Shown: piece by piece, positions 54,597 to 64,000 of the stretch | Position numbering within the stretch: the first letter of the stretch is position 1 | Layout: each line of letters opens with the position of its first letter | Origin: Elusimicrobiota bacterium | Lineage (GTDB): Bacteria > Elusimicrobiota > Elusimicrobia > UBA1565 > UBA9628 | NCBI GenBank assembly: GCA_016194705.1 | Contig: JACQAZ010000001.1 | Location: 20,019-84,018, forward strand | DNA: 64,000 nt | Direction of reading: 5' to 3' | Notes under the pieces: model-generated | What the model saw: the letters and a program-made list of their open reading frames with translations, nothing else | Told to the model about the DNA's origin: nothing | Databases searched by the model: none | Position numbers and translations under genes: made by a program

Positions 54597-55584
54597 CCTG
54601 CTGTTGGCCGCGATTCTCTCGTCGGCCCGCGCGGAGCCCAAGGTCATCAAGTTCGCGACCTTGGCCCCGGAAGGCTCGACTTGGATGAAGGTCATGAACG
54701 AGCTCAATACGGAGCTCCAGGAGAAGACCAAGGGCGAGCTCAAGTTCAAGATGTACCCGGGCGGCATCTCGGGCGACGAGAAAGACGTCGTCAAGAAGGT
54801 CAAGATCGGCCAGCTTCACGCCGCGGGCTTCACCGGCGTGGGCCTGGGCGAGATCGCCCCCGAGGTGCGCATACTCGACGCCCCTTGGCTGTTCCGCAGC
54901 GATAAGGAGCTCGACTTCGTCTACAAGGCCTTCGACAAGGACTTGAGCGCGGCCATCGACAAGGGGGGCTTCGTTCTGCTCGGCTGGACCGAGCTGGGGC
55001 CCGTCTACGTCTTCAGCAAGAACCCGATCGCGGACCCCGACGACATGAAGAAGCAGAAGATGTGGGTCTGGGAAGGCGATCCGATCGCCCAGGCCGCCTA
55101 CAAGGCGATCGGCGTGAGCCCGATCCCGCTCTCGGTCATCGATGTCATGAGTTCCTTGCAGACGGGCCTCATCGACGCCGTTTACGGCCCGCCGATGGGC
55201 GTGGTCGCCCTGCAGTGGTTCACGCGCGCCAAGCACATCTACGGCACGCCGATGGCGATGTCGACCGGCGCGGTCTTGCTCTCCAAGTCCTTCTTCGCCT
55301 CGCTCGCCCCGGAGCAGCGGAAGATCCTCCTCGAGGTCAGCCGCAAGCACTTGAAGGAGCTCAACGAGCTCTCGCGCAAGGAAAACGACGAGGCCCTGGC
55401 CTCGCTGCAGAAGCAGGGCCTGACGCTCTCGGCCAAGGCCACGCCCGAACTCCTGAAGACCTACCAAGAACTCGGCCAAAAGGCGCGCCGCGAGCTCGTC
55501 GGCAAGCTCTACTCCGCCTCGCTGCTCGACCGGGTCGAGAAGTCCGTCGCAGACCTCAGAAGTGGGAAACCTAAAAAAAGCTGA
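54583..55584 (+). CDS. dctP: TRAP transporter substrate-binding protein
   Basis: IKFATLAPEGSTW, YPGG.SGDE, LQTGLIDAV. Confidence 0.9.
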   Translation: MIISNLLLAAILSSARAEPKVIKFATLAPEGSTWMKVMNELNTELQEKTKGELKFKMYPGGISGDEKDVVKKVKIGQLHAAGFTGVGLGEIAPEVRILDAPWLFRSDKELDFVYKAFDKDLSAAIDKGGFVLLGWTELGPVYVFSKNPIADPDDMKKQKMWVWEGDPIAQAAYKAIGVSPIPLSVIDVMSSLQTGLIDAVYGPPMGVVALQWFTRAKHIYGTPMAMSTGAVLLSKSFFASLAPEQRKILLEVSRKHLKELNELSRKENDEALASLQKQGLTLSAKATPELLKTYQELGQKARRELVGKLYSASLLDRVEKSVADLRSGKPKKS

Positions 55585-56050
55585 GGCAAGGCTCGTCCAG
55601 CTCGAGACGGCGCTGCTCGTCGTCCTGCTCTCGACGATGGTCAGCCTATCCTTCCTGCAGGTCGTCCTGCGCCATTTCGGCAAGGGGCTGCTCTGGGCCG
55701 ACACCCTGTCGCGCTATCTCGTGCTCTGGGTCGGCTTTCTCGGGGCGGCCCTGACGGCGGCGAGCAACAAGCACTTCGCCTGGGAGGCGGCCGCGCAGCG
55801 CGAGGACCGCACGGGCCATCTGATGCACGTGGGCGCGCATCTGGCCGCCGTCGTGCTCGCGGGATTTCTCGCTCGGGCTTCCTGGGCCTACCTTCTCTCG
55901 GAGAAGGCCGACGCGCAGACCTTGTTCACCGTCGCGGGCGCCGCGTTCCCGGAATGGGTCTTCGTCGCGGCCGTGCCGCTGGGCTTTTTCCTGGTCATCC
56001 TGCACACCGCAGTCAGACTCGCCGAGTCGGCGGAGAAGCTCAAGTCATGA
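55562..56050 (+). CDS. dctQ: TRAP transporter small permease
   Basis: QVVLR, WAD.LSRYLVLWVGFLGA, H motif; 4 TMs. Confidence 0.88.
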   Translation: MGNLKKAEARLVQLETALLVVLLSTMVSLSFLQVVLRHFGKGLLWADTLSRYLVLWVGFLGAALTAASNKHFAWEAAAQREDRTGHLMHVGAHLAAVVLAGFLARASWAYLLSEKADAQTLFTVAGAAFPEWVFVAAVPLGFFLVILHTAVRLAESAEKLKS

Positions 56051-57324
56051 CCTGGCTCGTGCTGGCTTTTTTCGCGGCCCTGGCCCTGATCGGCACGCCC
56101 ATCTTCGCCCTGATCGGCGGCCTGGCCCTCTACCTCTTCCACGCGGCGGCCAGCCCCGCTCCCGGCCTCTCGGTCATCACCGAGCTCATGCGTCTGGCGA
56201 CCATGCCCTCTTTGATCGCGGTGCCCTTGTTCACCTTCGCCGGCTACGTTCTGGCCGAATCGCAATCCCCAAAACGCCTCGTCGACCTGGCCGAGGCGTT
56301 GTTCGGGTGGATGCCGGGCGGCGTCGCCATCGCGGGGCTGTGCGCCTGCGCGCTCTTCACGGCGTTTACGGGAGCCTCGGGGGTGACGATCATCGCGCTC
56401 GGCGGGCTCATCTACCCGCTGCTGCGCAAGCAGCGCTACCCCGACGGCTTCTCGCTGGGCCTCGTCACGACGACGGGCAGCCTCGGCCTCCTGTTCCCTC
56501 CGAGCCTGCCCATCATCCTCTACGCCTTGGTCGGCAAGATCTCGGTCGACAAGCTCTTCGCCGCCGCTTCGGGACCGGGGCTCATCCTGATCCTGATCCT
56601 GAGCGTCTACGCGGTCATCGTCGGCGTGCGCAACAAGGTCCCGCGCATACCGTTCTCGTGGGAGGCCCTGCGGACCTCGGCGCGCGCGGCCCTGTGGGAG
56701 ATTCCCTTGCCTTTCGTCATCATCGGCGGCATCTACTCGGGCCAGTTCACGGCCTCCGAGGCCGCCGCCGTCATGTCGTTCTACGTGCTGATCGTGGAGG
56801 TGCTCGTCTACAAGGACCTTAAATTTTCGGACATCCCCGGCGTCATGGCGCGCAGCATGATCCTCGTCGGCGCGATTTTGATCGTGCTCGGGACCGCGCT
56901 CGGCCTGACCAATTACATGATCGACGCGGAGATTCCCGGCCAGCTCTTCGACTTCCTCAAGCTCCACATCTCGAGCCCCTGGGGCTTCCTCGCCCTTCTC
57001 AATGTGGTTCTGCTCGTCGTCAACATGGTCGAGATCTTCTCGGCCATCATCATCGTCGTGCCCATCATCGTGCCAGTCGCCCTCAAATACCAGATCGACC
57101 CGATCCATCTGGGCGCCTTATTCCTGCTGAACCTCGAGATCGGCTACATGACGCCCCCGATGGGCCTCAACCTGTTCTTGTCGAGCCGGCGCTTCGAGCG
57201 CCCCTTGCCCGAGCTCTACCGCGCGACCTTGCCCTTCTGGCTCATCCTGGTGGCAGCACTCGCCTTGGTGACCTACTGCCCAGCCTTGAGCCTCTGGCTG
57301 CCCAACCATCTGAGGATCCAATGA
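56047..57324 (+). CDS. dctM: TRAP transporter large permease
   Basis: LIAVPLFT.AG, FTGASG, GSLGLLFPPS, FTASEAA, IDPIH, IGYMTPPMGLNLF. Confidence 0.92.
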   Translation: MTWLVLAFFAALALIGTPIFALIGGLALYLFHAAASPAPGLSVITELMRLATMPSLIAVPLFTFAGYVLAESQSPKRLVDLAEALFGWMPGGVAIAGLCACALFTAFTGASGVTIIALGGLIYPLLRKQRYPDGFSLGLVTTTGSLGLLFPPSLPIILYALVGKISVDKLFAAASGPGLILILILSVYAVIVGVRNKVPRIPFSWEALRTSARAALWEIPLPFVIIGGIYSGQFTASEAAAVMSFYVLIVEVLVYKDLKFSDIPGVMARSMILVGAILIVLGTALGLTNYMIDAEIPGQLFDFLKLHISSPWGFLALLNVVLLVVNMVEIFSAIIIVVPIIVPVALKYQIDPIHLGALFLLNLEIGYMTPPMGLNLFLSSRRFERPLPELYRATLPFWLILVAALALVTYCPALSLWLPNHLRIQ

Positions 57325-57325
57325 C

Positions 57326-58216
57326 ATGAAGACCGAAGCGAGAAACTCCGAGCTGACGCCGCAGCAGAAGAAGCAGATGCTCGACAAGATCAAGTCCTCG
57401 TCCTCCTACCTCCGGGCCTACGAGGACGTCTCCTTCATGGCCAAGAAGGACCTGCGGCCGATCAGACTTCAGTTGGAGCTCCTTAAACCCGAGACCGTCC
57501 TGCGCGAGCACAAGATCCGCTCGACCATCGTCGTCTTCGGCTCGGCCCGCGTGCTCCCGCCCGAAGAGGCGCGCGCCCAGCTCGCGTCGGCCAAGGAGGA
57601 GCTCGAGGGCAACCCGCGCAGCGACGCGCTCAAGCGCCGACTCAAGCGCGCTCGGATGCGCCTCGAGCAATCCAAGTACTACGAGGAAGCCCGGCGCTTC
57701 TCCTACATCATCTCCAAGGCTCAGCAATCCGACAAGAACCTCGAGTTCGTCATGGTGACCGGCGGCGGCCCCGGCATCATGGAGGCCGCCAACCGCGGGG
57801 CCTGGGAGGCGGGCTCGAAGTCCATAGGACTCAACATCACCTTGCCCCACGAGCAGGACCCCAACCCGTACATCACGCCGGGCCTGTGCTTCCAGTTCCA
57901 TTACTTCTCGCTGCGCAAGATGCACTTCATGATGCGCTCGAAAGCCTTGGTGGCCTTCCCCGGAGGCTACGGGACTCTCGACGAGCTCTTCGAGACCCTG
58001 ACCTTGGTGCAGACCAGCAAGAAGAAGCACCTGCCCATCGTCCTCTTCGGCAAAGAGTACTGGAGCCGCCTCATCGACTTCGACTTCATGGCCGAGCAGG
58101 GCATGATCTCCTGGGACGACACCAAGCTGTTCAAGATCGTCGAGAAGGCCGAGGAAGGCTGGGAGCACATACGGAGTTTCTGGAACACGCACCGCGGTCC
58201 CGTCGCCGAGGACTAG
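57326..58216 (+). CDS. LOG-family (TIGR00730) nucleotide phosphoribohydrolase
   Basis: VFGSAR, TGGGPGIMEAANRGA, RKMHF, PGGYGTLDELFE. Confidence 0.9.
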   Translation: MKTEARNSELTPQQKKQMLDKIKSSSSYLRAYEDVSFMAKKDLRPIRLQLELLKPETVLREHKIRSTIVVFGSARVLPPEEARAQLASAKEELEGNPRSDALKRRLKRARMRLEQSKYYEEARRFSYIISKAQQSDKNLEFVMVTGGGPGIMEAANRGAWEAGSKSIGLNITLPHEQDPNPYITPGLCFQFHYFSLRKMHFMMRSKALVAFPGGYGTLDELFETLTLVQTSKKKHLPIVLFGKEYWSRLIDFDFMAEQGMISWDDTKLFKIVEKAEEGWEHIRSFWNTHRGPVAED

Positions 58217-58223
58217 AGGCCCG

Positions 58224-59237
58224 ATGCTGGCGACCATCCTCCTCGGGCTGGGCCAAACCTTGGCCCCGTGCTGGGCGGCCGACGAGTTCCTCAAGAACAT
58301 GCGCAAGGCCGCGAAGGTCAAGGAAGACCCCGACAAGATCGAGTACTACGACCGCGCGATCTCGGCCTGGGAGCCCGACGACGGGGGCCCGCTCCTGGCG
58401 GAATGCCGTTTCCGCCGCGGCGAGGCCCATTTTCGCCGCTGGGAGTTTTCCGCCGCCGAGCCCGACCTCTCCAAGGCCATCGAGCTCGACTCGGGAAACA
58501 GCCAGGCGAGGCTTCTGCGCGGGCGCGTGCGCCTGCGGGCCGGCCGGGTCCCCGAGGCGCTCAAGGATCTCTTCGACTTCACGATCATGGCGCCCGAGAA
58601 CATCGAGGGCTTCCTCTGGCTCGGCCAAGCCCATCTCAAGATCGACGAATACGAGCCGGCCCTCCGATCGTTTTCGCGCGCCGCGCAGATCGACGCGCGC
58701 GACTATCGCGCGCCGCTCGGGCAGGGGCGCGTCTGGCTCGGGCGCCGGGAGTGGGACAAAGCCCTGGCATCCTTGAGCGCCGCCGACGGGCTGGCCAAAC
58801 GCAGGGTCCCCGACGTGCTGACCGAGCTCGCGGTCTGCGAGGTCGCCCGCGGCCGCCACGAAGCGGCCTTGGACGATTACGGGCGGGCGATCCCGCTGCT
58901 TGAGCACGCCCTCTCGCAGCTCTCGCGGGCCGACATCCCGACCGTCGAGCTCGCAGACGAGCGCGAGACCGCCGCCCGCGCCTACTACGGCCGCGGCAGG
59001 GTCAACGAGTTCCTTGTCCGCCTACCCGACGCGCTCGCGGATTACCGGCAGGCCTGCGAGCTGGGCCATCAGGAGTCCTGCCGCAAAGCCGAGGGGCTCG
59101 CCGCGCGGTCCGAGGAGACCAAGCAAGCGAAGACTCGGACCCTGGCCAAGCCCGAACGCAAAGCTCCAGCCGCGTCCAAGAAAAAGAAGCTCCCGCCGCC
59201 CGACAGCGAGGCCGGAGACAGAATCTACGCGAACTGA
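58224..59237 (+). CDS. Secreted TPR protein
   Basis: Signal peptide; TPR units; ends A.ADY..AC.LG....C. Confidence 0.8.
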   Translation: MLATILLGLGQTLAPCWAADEFLKNMRKAAKVKEDPDKIEYYDRAISAWEPDDGGPLLAECRFRRGEAHFRRWEFSAAEPDLSKAIELDSGNSQARLLRGRVRLRAGRVPEALKDLFDFTIMAPENIEGFLWLGQAHLKIDEYEPALRSFSRAAQIDARDYRAPLGQGRVWLGRREWDKALASLSAADGLAKRRVPDVLTELAVCEVARGRHEAALDDYGRAIPLLEHALSQLSRADIPTVELADERETAARAYYGRGRVNEFLVRLPDALADYRQACELGHQESCRKAEGLAARSEETKQAKTRTLAKPERKAPAASKKKKLPPPDSEAGDRIYAN

Positions 59238-59259
59238 TATCATGATCGGCTCCTTTCGA

Positions 59260-60522
59260 ATGAAACGTCTCTCATTGCTGGTCGTCCTCCTGCTCGCCTC
59301 GGCGCGCGCCGAGGCCAAGCTCTCGCCGGTGGCCGAGAAGTACCTCGACGAAGGGCTGCACCATCTCTACAGCCTCGACTACCCCGAATCCCGCGCGGCC
59401 TTCCGCAAGATCATCGAAGCCGAGCCCGACAGCCCGTTCGGCTACCTCTTCGAGGCCGGCGGCATCTGGTGGCAGTCCTCGATGGAATACGGGCTCTTTA
59501 AGGATACGCCGACTTTGCAGGGCCTCTTCGAGCAGGACATCGAGGCCGCCCTGCGCAAGGTCGACGCCCTGGAGTCCTCGAAAGACAAGGACACGCGCGC
59601 CGACGGGCATTTCGTCGAGGGGATGACCGAGGGGACCCGCGGCCAGTGGGAGATGATGCGCGGCCATTGGCTCAAGGCCTACTCGAACGGCCGCAAGGCC
59701 CTCAAGCACCTCAACAAATGCCTCAAGACCGACCGAGAGTACTACGACGCGGACCTCGGTCTTGGCGTCTTCGACTACCAGGCGGCGCATTTCGGGGGCG
59801 TCGTGAAGGTCTTCGCGGCCATCGGCGGCATCCACGGGAACGAGAAGAAGGGCCTCGAGCTGATGCGGCTGGCCGCCGCCAAGGGTCGCTACGGCTCGCG
59901 CCAAGCCGCGCAGTTCCTCGCTTCCATCTACATCGCCGACCGGCACGACTACGCCAGCGCCCTGCCCCACATCCAGAGGCTGCGGCGCGATTTCCCCGAG
60001 AGCGCGTACTTCGAGTTCATCGAGGCCATGCTGCAGTACCGTTTGGGGCATTGGGACGAGTCGCTCAAGCTCGGCCGCGAGATCTTCGAGCGCTTCCGCT
60101 CGGACCCCAAGGCCCTCAACCGCAAGCTCCTCGGACTGACCTGCGGGCTCACGGGCGAGAAGTGCCTCGAGAAAGGCGACGTCGATAAGGGCTTGGTCTG
60201 GTTCACGCACGCCATCGAGTCGACCCCGGAACCCAAGCCCGGCGCCCGCGCGCCCAAGAAGGGCCCTGCGGCGGACAAGCAGGCCGCGGACCTGCAGTGG
60301 CTCTCCCTGACTCATCTCTACCGCGGCTACACCTTCGACATCCTCGGACAGAGCGACGAGGCCGAAAGGGACTACCATTGGGTCCTCGACCACCCCGACT
60401 TCTCGGACGGCCGCGCGCGCGCCGCCGAGTGCCTGGCGACCTCCTGCGACGCCAAGCCCCTGGTCTTGTACTTGCGCGCCATGTCCAACGGCGATCCCTG
60501 GCCTCCCTCCCGAGCCAAATAA
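59260..60522 (+). CDS. Secreted TPR-like protein (TTC39/IML2/DUF3808-like)
   Basis: Signal peptide MKRLSLLVVLLLASARA; GLHHLYSLDY, DADLGLGVFDY, G.HGNEKKGL..M..AA.KG. Confidence 0.7.
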   Translation: MKRLSLLVVLLLASARAEAKLSPVAEKYLDEGLHHLYSLDYPESRAAFRKIIEAEPDSPFGYLFEAGGIWWQSSMEYGLFKDTPTLQGLFEQDIEAALRKVDALESSKDKDTRADGHFVEGMTEGTRGQWEMMRGHWLKAYSNGRKALKHLNKCLKTDREYYDADLGLGVFDYQAAHFGGVVKVFAAIGGIHGNEKKGLELMRLAAAKGRYGSRQAAQFLASIYIADRHDYASALPHIQRLRRDFPESAYFEFIEAMLQYRLGHWDESLKLGREIFERFRSDPKALNRKLLGLTCGLTGEKCLEKGDVDKGLVWFTHAIESTPEPKPGARAPKKGPAADKQAADLQWLSLTHLYRGYTFDILGQSDEAERDYHWVLDHPDFSDGRARAAECLATSCDAKPLVLYLRAMSNGDPWPPSRAK

Positions 60523-60581
60523 ATCCTGCGTTTTGAAACATTTTCGCCCTTGAAAAAAAGGCGGAGGCGAGCTATCCTCCT

Positions 60582-61268
60582 ATGGCAATGAGCGCCGCCG
60601 ATCCGTTCACAGTCTGGCTCGAGGGCTTCAAGAGAGAAGTCGACGCCGTCGTCGCGACCGTCGCGCCGTCGCGGGTCCCGGCCGCCGACGACGCCAAGGC
60701 CGCCTTCGAGAATTGGTGGCAGACCAGCCAGCAGCCCATCCTACCCGAGGGTCGAGGACCCGATCCCGGCGCGGGCCGCGTCGACGCCCTGACCGCCGAG
60801 CGCTCCGAGCTGCGCCAACAGCTGACCCAGGCGCAGGCGGGCTTCTCGGCCGAGCGCGAGGGACTCACCTTGCGGCTCGCCAAAGCCGAGACCCAGGTCC
60901 GCGCCCTGCTCGAGGGGGTCAAGACCCTCAAGGAGGACAAGCTGCGCCTCGAGGAGAGCGCGCGCAAGGCCGAGAGCGCCAATGCCTCGTCCGATGAGGA
61001 GCTGAGAATCGAACGCGAGCGCGCCCTGCTGGCCGCCACGGAGCTGGTCTCGCTCAAGCACAAGTCGGCCGAGCAGCAGGACGCCCTGGCCAAGCTGCGC
61101 GAGGCCGTGGCCGCCCGCGACGGCACCCTCGAGGAGCTGCGCCGCCAGGCCTCGGCCTACCAGGAGCGCCTCATCCACTCCAAAGAGCTCACCGACGCCG
61201 ACGTCGCTTTGCTGCGCCAAGAGCTGAAGCTTTTCATCGAGGAAATCCGGATCATGCTGAGGAAGTAA
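60582..61268 (+). CDS. Coiled-coil hypothetical protein
   Basis: Long heptad-rich E/L/K/A helix; host-like codon usage. Confidence 0.7.
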   Translation: MAMSAADPFTVWLEGFKREVDAVVATVAPSRVPAADDAKAAFENWWQTSQQPILPEGRGPDPGAGRVDALTAERSELRQQLTQAQAGFSAEREGLTLRLAKAETQVRALLEGVKTLKEDKLRLEESARKAESANASSDEELRIERERALLAATELVSLKHKSAEQQDALAKLREAVAARDGTLEELRRQASAYQERLIHSKELTDADVALLRQELKLFIEEIRIMLRK

Positions 61269-61335
61269 GGTGCCAGGCCTTCACCCTTTTCACTCTTTGT
61301 CCTCAAAAGAGTGAAAAGGGTGAAGGCCTGGCACC
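61269..61335. repeat. REP/REPIN-like long hairpin (30-bp perfect stem, 7-nt loop), copy 2
   Basis: GGTGCCAGGCCTTCACCCTTTTCACTCTTT ... AAAGAGTGAAAAGGGTGAAGGCCTGGCACC. Confidence 0.85.
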
Positions 61336-61353
61336 AACCAAGGGAGAATTGAA

Positions 61354-62247
61354 ATGAAATACTGGGTCTACATGAACGGCGAGGTCCCCGGCAGCTACAC
61401 GCCGGCCGAGCTGGTCGCCTTGAACGGATTTTCGATGACGAGCCTGGTCTGCCCCGCCGAGGGGGAAATATTAGAGAAGAACTGGAGGCGCTCGGGCGAA
61501 TTTTCCGACATCATCAAGGTCCTGCACGAGCGCGACGCCAAGCAGCCGCCCTCGGCGCCGTCGCTCGCGCAGGAATCGGTCATGACCGCCGACGTCAACC
61601 AAGTCATCGACACGGCCAGCACGCGCCTGTTCTCGCAAGTCTCCCACCTCATGAAGGAGCTCGAGAACCGCCGCGAGGAGCGGGCGCTGACCGTGACTTT
61701 GCAGCGCCAGGTCGTCGACCTCAAGGACCAGCTGCTCGCCGCCCAGGACAAGCTCTACGGCCTCGAGGGGAAGATGCCCCGCATCGCCGAGCTCGAGGAG
61801 ATCGTGCGCAAGGACGAGACCGCGATCTCGAACCTCGAGAGCGCGCTCAAGGCCCGCGAGGAGGGCCTCGGCGAGCTGCGCCAGCAGACCGAGAAGACCA
61901 AGATCGAGCTCGAGAACACCAAGCGCCGCCTGGGCGAGTCGCTCAACGATCTCTCGATCCGCAACCGCCTGGTCGACAAGCTCAGCCGCGACCTCACCGA
62001 GAAGGAGCTCTCACTGGCCAAGTCCCTGGGCGTCATCAGGCGCCTCGAGGAGGACCTCAATCGCCTGTGCCCCGTCGTCGACGCCCTGGCGGCCCAGGAG
62101 CCGGCCCCGGCGCCGGCACAGCAGCTCCCCTCGGCCGCCGCACCGGCAGAAGAGGCGCCGAAGGAGCAGCCCGCGGCCCAAGGAGCGCTTGTCGACAAAT
62201 TCAAGAAGCTGATGGGGCGTTCGGATCCCGGTCAATACGACCACTGA
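61354..62247 (+). CDS. GYF_2-like N-terminal domain plus long coiled coil
   Basis: MKYWVYMNGEVPGSYTPAELV...SLVCP....NWR..GEF; C-terminal heptads. Confidence 0.7.
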   Translation: MKYWVYMNGEVPGSYTPAELVALNGFSMTSLVCPAEGEILEKNWRRSGEFSDIIKVLHERDAKQPPSAPSLAQESVMTADVNQVIDTASTRLFSQVSHLMKELENRREERALTVTLQRQVVDLKDQLLAAQDKLYGLEGKMPRIAELEEIVRKDETAISNLESALKAREEGLGELRQQTEKTKIELENTKRRLGESLNDLSIRNRLVDKLSRDLTEKELSLAKSLGVIRRLEEDLNRLCPVVDALAAQEPAPAPAQQLPSAAAPAEEAPKEQPAAQGALVDKFKKLMGRSDPGQYDH

Positions 62248-62310
62248 GCCGCGGTCTTAATTAGCGCTCGGCCCGCCTGACTGCCTAAAGTTAGCAGTCC
62301 AATTAGGGGA

Positions 62311-62340
62311 TTGACAGTTTTGGATTCTCTGTGCTATAAT
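62311..62340 (+). promoter_or_regulatory. groESL sigma70 promoter TTGACA-18-TGnTATAAT
   Basis: TTGACA at 62311-62316 and TATAAT at 62335-62340. Confidence 0.85.
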
Positions 62341-62366
62341 TAGCACTAGAGGAGATGAAGTGCTAA
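62340..62366. promoter_or_regulatory. CIRCE element (HrcA operator)
   Basis: TTAGCACTA-N9-AAGTGCTAA versus consensus TTAGCACTC-N9-GAGTGCTAA, upstream of groES. Confidence 0.9.
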
Positions 62367-62413
62367 CTCTCCGCTAAGTGCTTTAAGGACGGATATATCT
62401 GGAGGCAAGAACA

Positions 62414-62725
62414 ATGACCGAAGCGACGCTGACCAAAGTGAAGCTGCAGCCCCTGGGCGACCGGGTCCTCGTGAAGCCGCTCGAACAGAAGGAAGTGAAG
62501 CGCAGCGGCATCATCATCCCCGACACCGCCAAGGAGAAGCCGCAGGAAGGCCAGGTGGTGGCCACGGGCAAGGGAAAGACGACCGACGACGGCAAGGTGC
62601 TGCCCATGGACGTCAAGCCGGGAGACCGCATCCTGTACGGCAAGTACTCCGGCAACGAGATCAAGATCGACGAGCAGGACTACCTGATCATGCATCAGGA
62701 AGACATCCTGGGCTTGCTGAAGTAG
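62414..62725 (+). CDS. groES: Co-chaperonin GroES
   Basis: LQPLGDRVLVK, SGIIIPDTAKEKPQEG, VKPGDRILYGKYSG. Confidence 0.97.
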   Translation: MTEATLTKVKLQPLGDRVLVKPLEQKEVKRSGIIIPDTAKEKPQEGQVVATGKGKTTDDGKVLPMDVKPGDRILYGKYSGNEIKIDEQDYLIMHQEDILGLLK

Positions 62726-62746
62726 TCCTATATTAAGGAGAGGTAG

Positions 62747-64000
<1,254 letters not shown>

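Overview
A GC-rich bacterial chromosomal window. The pilin-like CTHxD family, the abundance of secreted and TPR proteins and a giant envelope protein suggest Elusimicrobiota, but this is inference only. Housekeeping and transport genes include a DinG-type helicase, glpT-glpQ, engB, a GGQ release-factor-like gene, clpS, metF, an Omp85 protein, an LhgO-like oxidoreductase, a TatT-type TRAP operon, a LOG protein and CIRCE-controlled groES-groEL. These are mixed with many secreted peptidases and hypothetical proteins. The standout is a 3840-aa secreted protein (25569-37091, minus strand). It reads as a long helical stalk, a beta-barrel-like block and about six tandem TolC/OEP-like half-repeats, which would be a whole TolC trimer in one chain, and it has a near-consensus promoter with a palindrome in its spacer. 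Other notable features are pervasive leaderless promoters, three MITE-like palindrome-bearing intergenic elements, two 30-bp hairpins with a compensatory change, an IS1202/ISNCY-type IS sitting between promoter boxes, a frameshifted Zn-finger gene and a lower-GC pair of paralogous TULIP-like secreted proteins. No rRNA, tRNA or CRISPR array was seen. All family assignments were made by eye from motifs; no searches were run.
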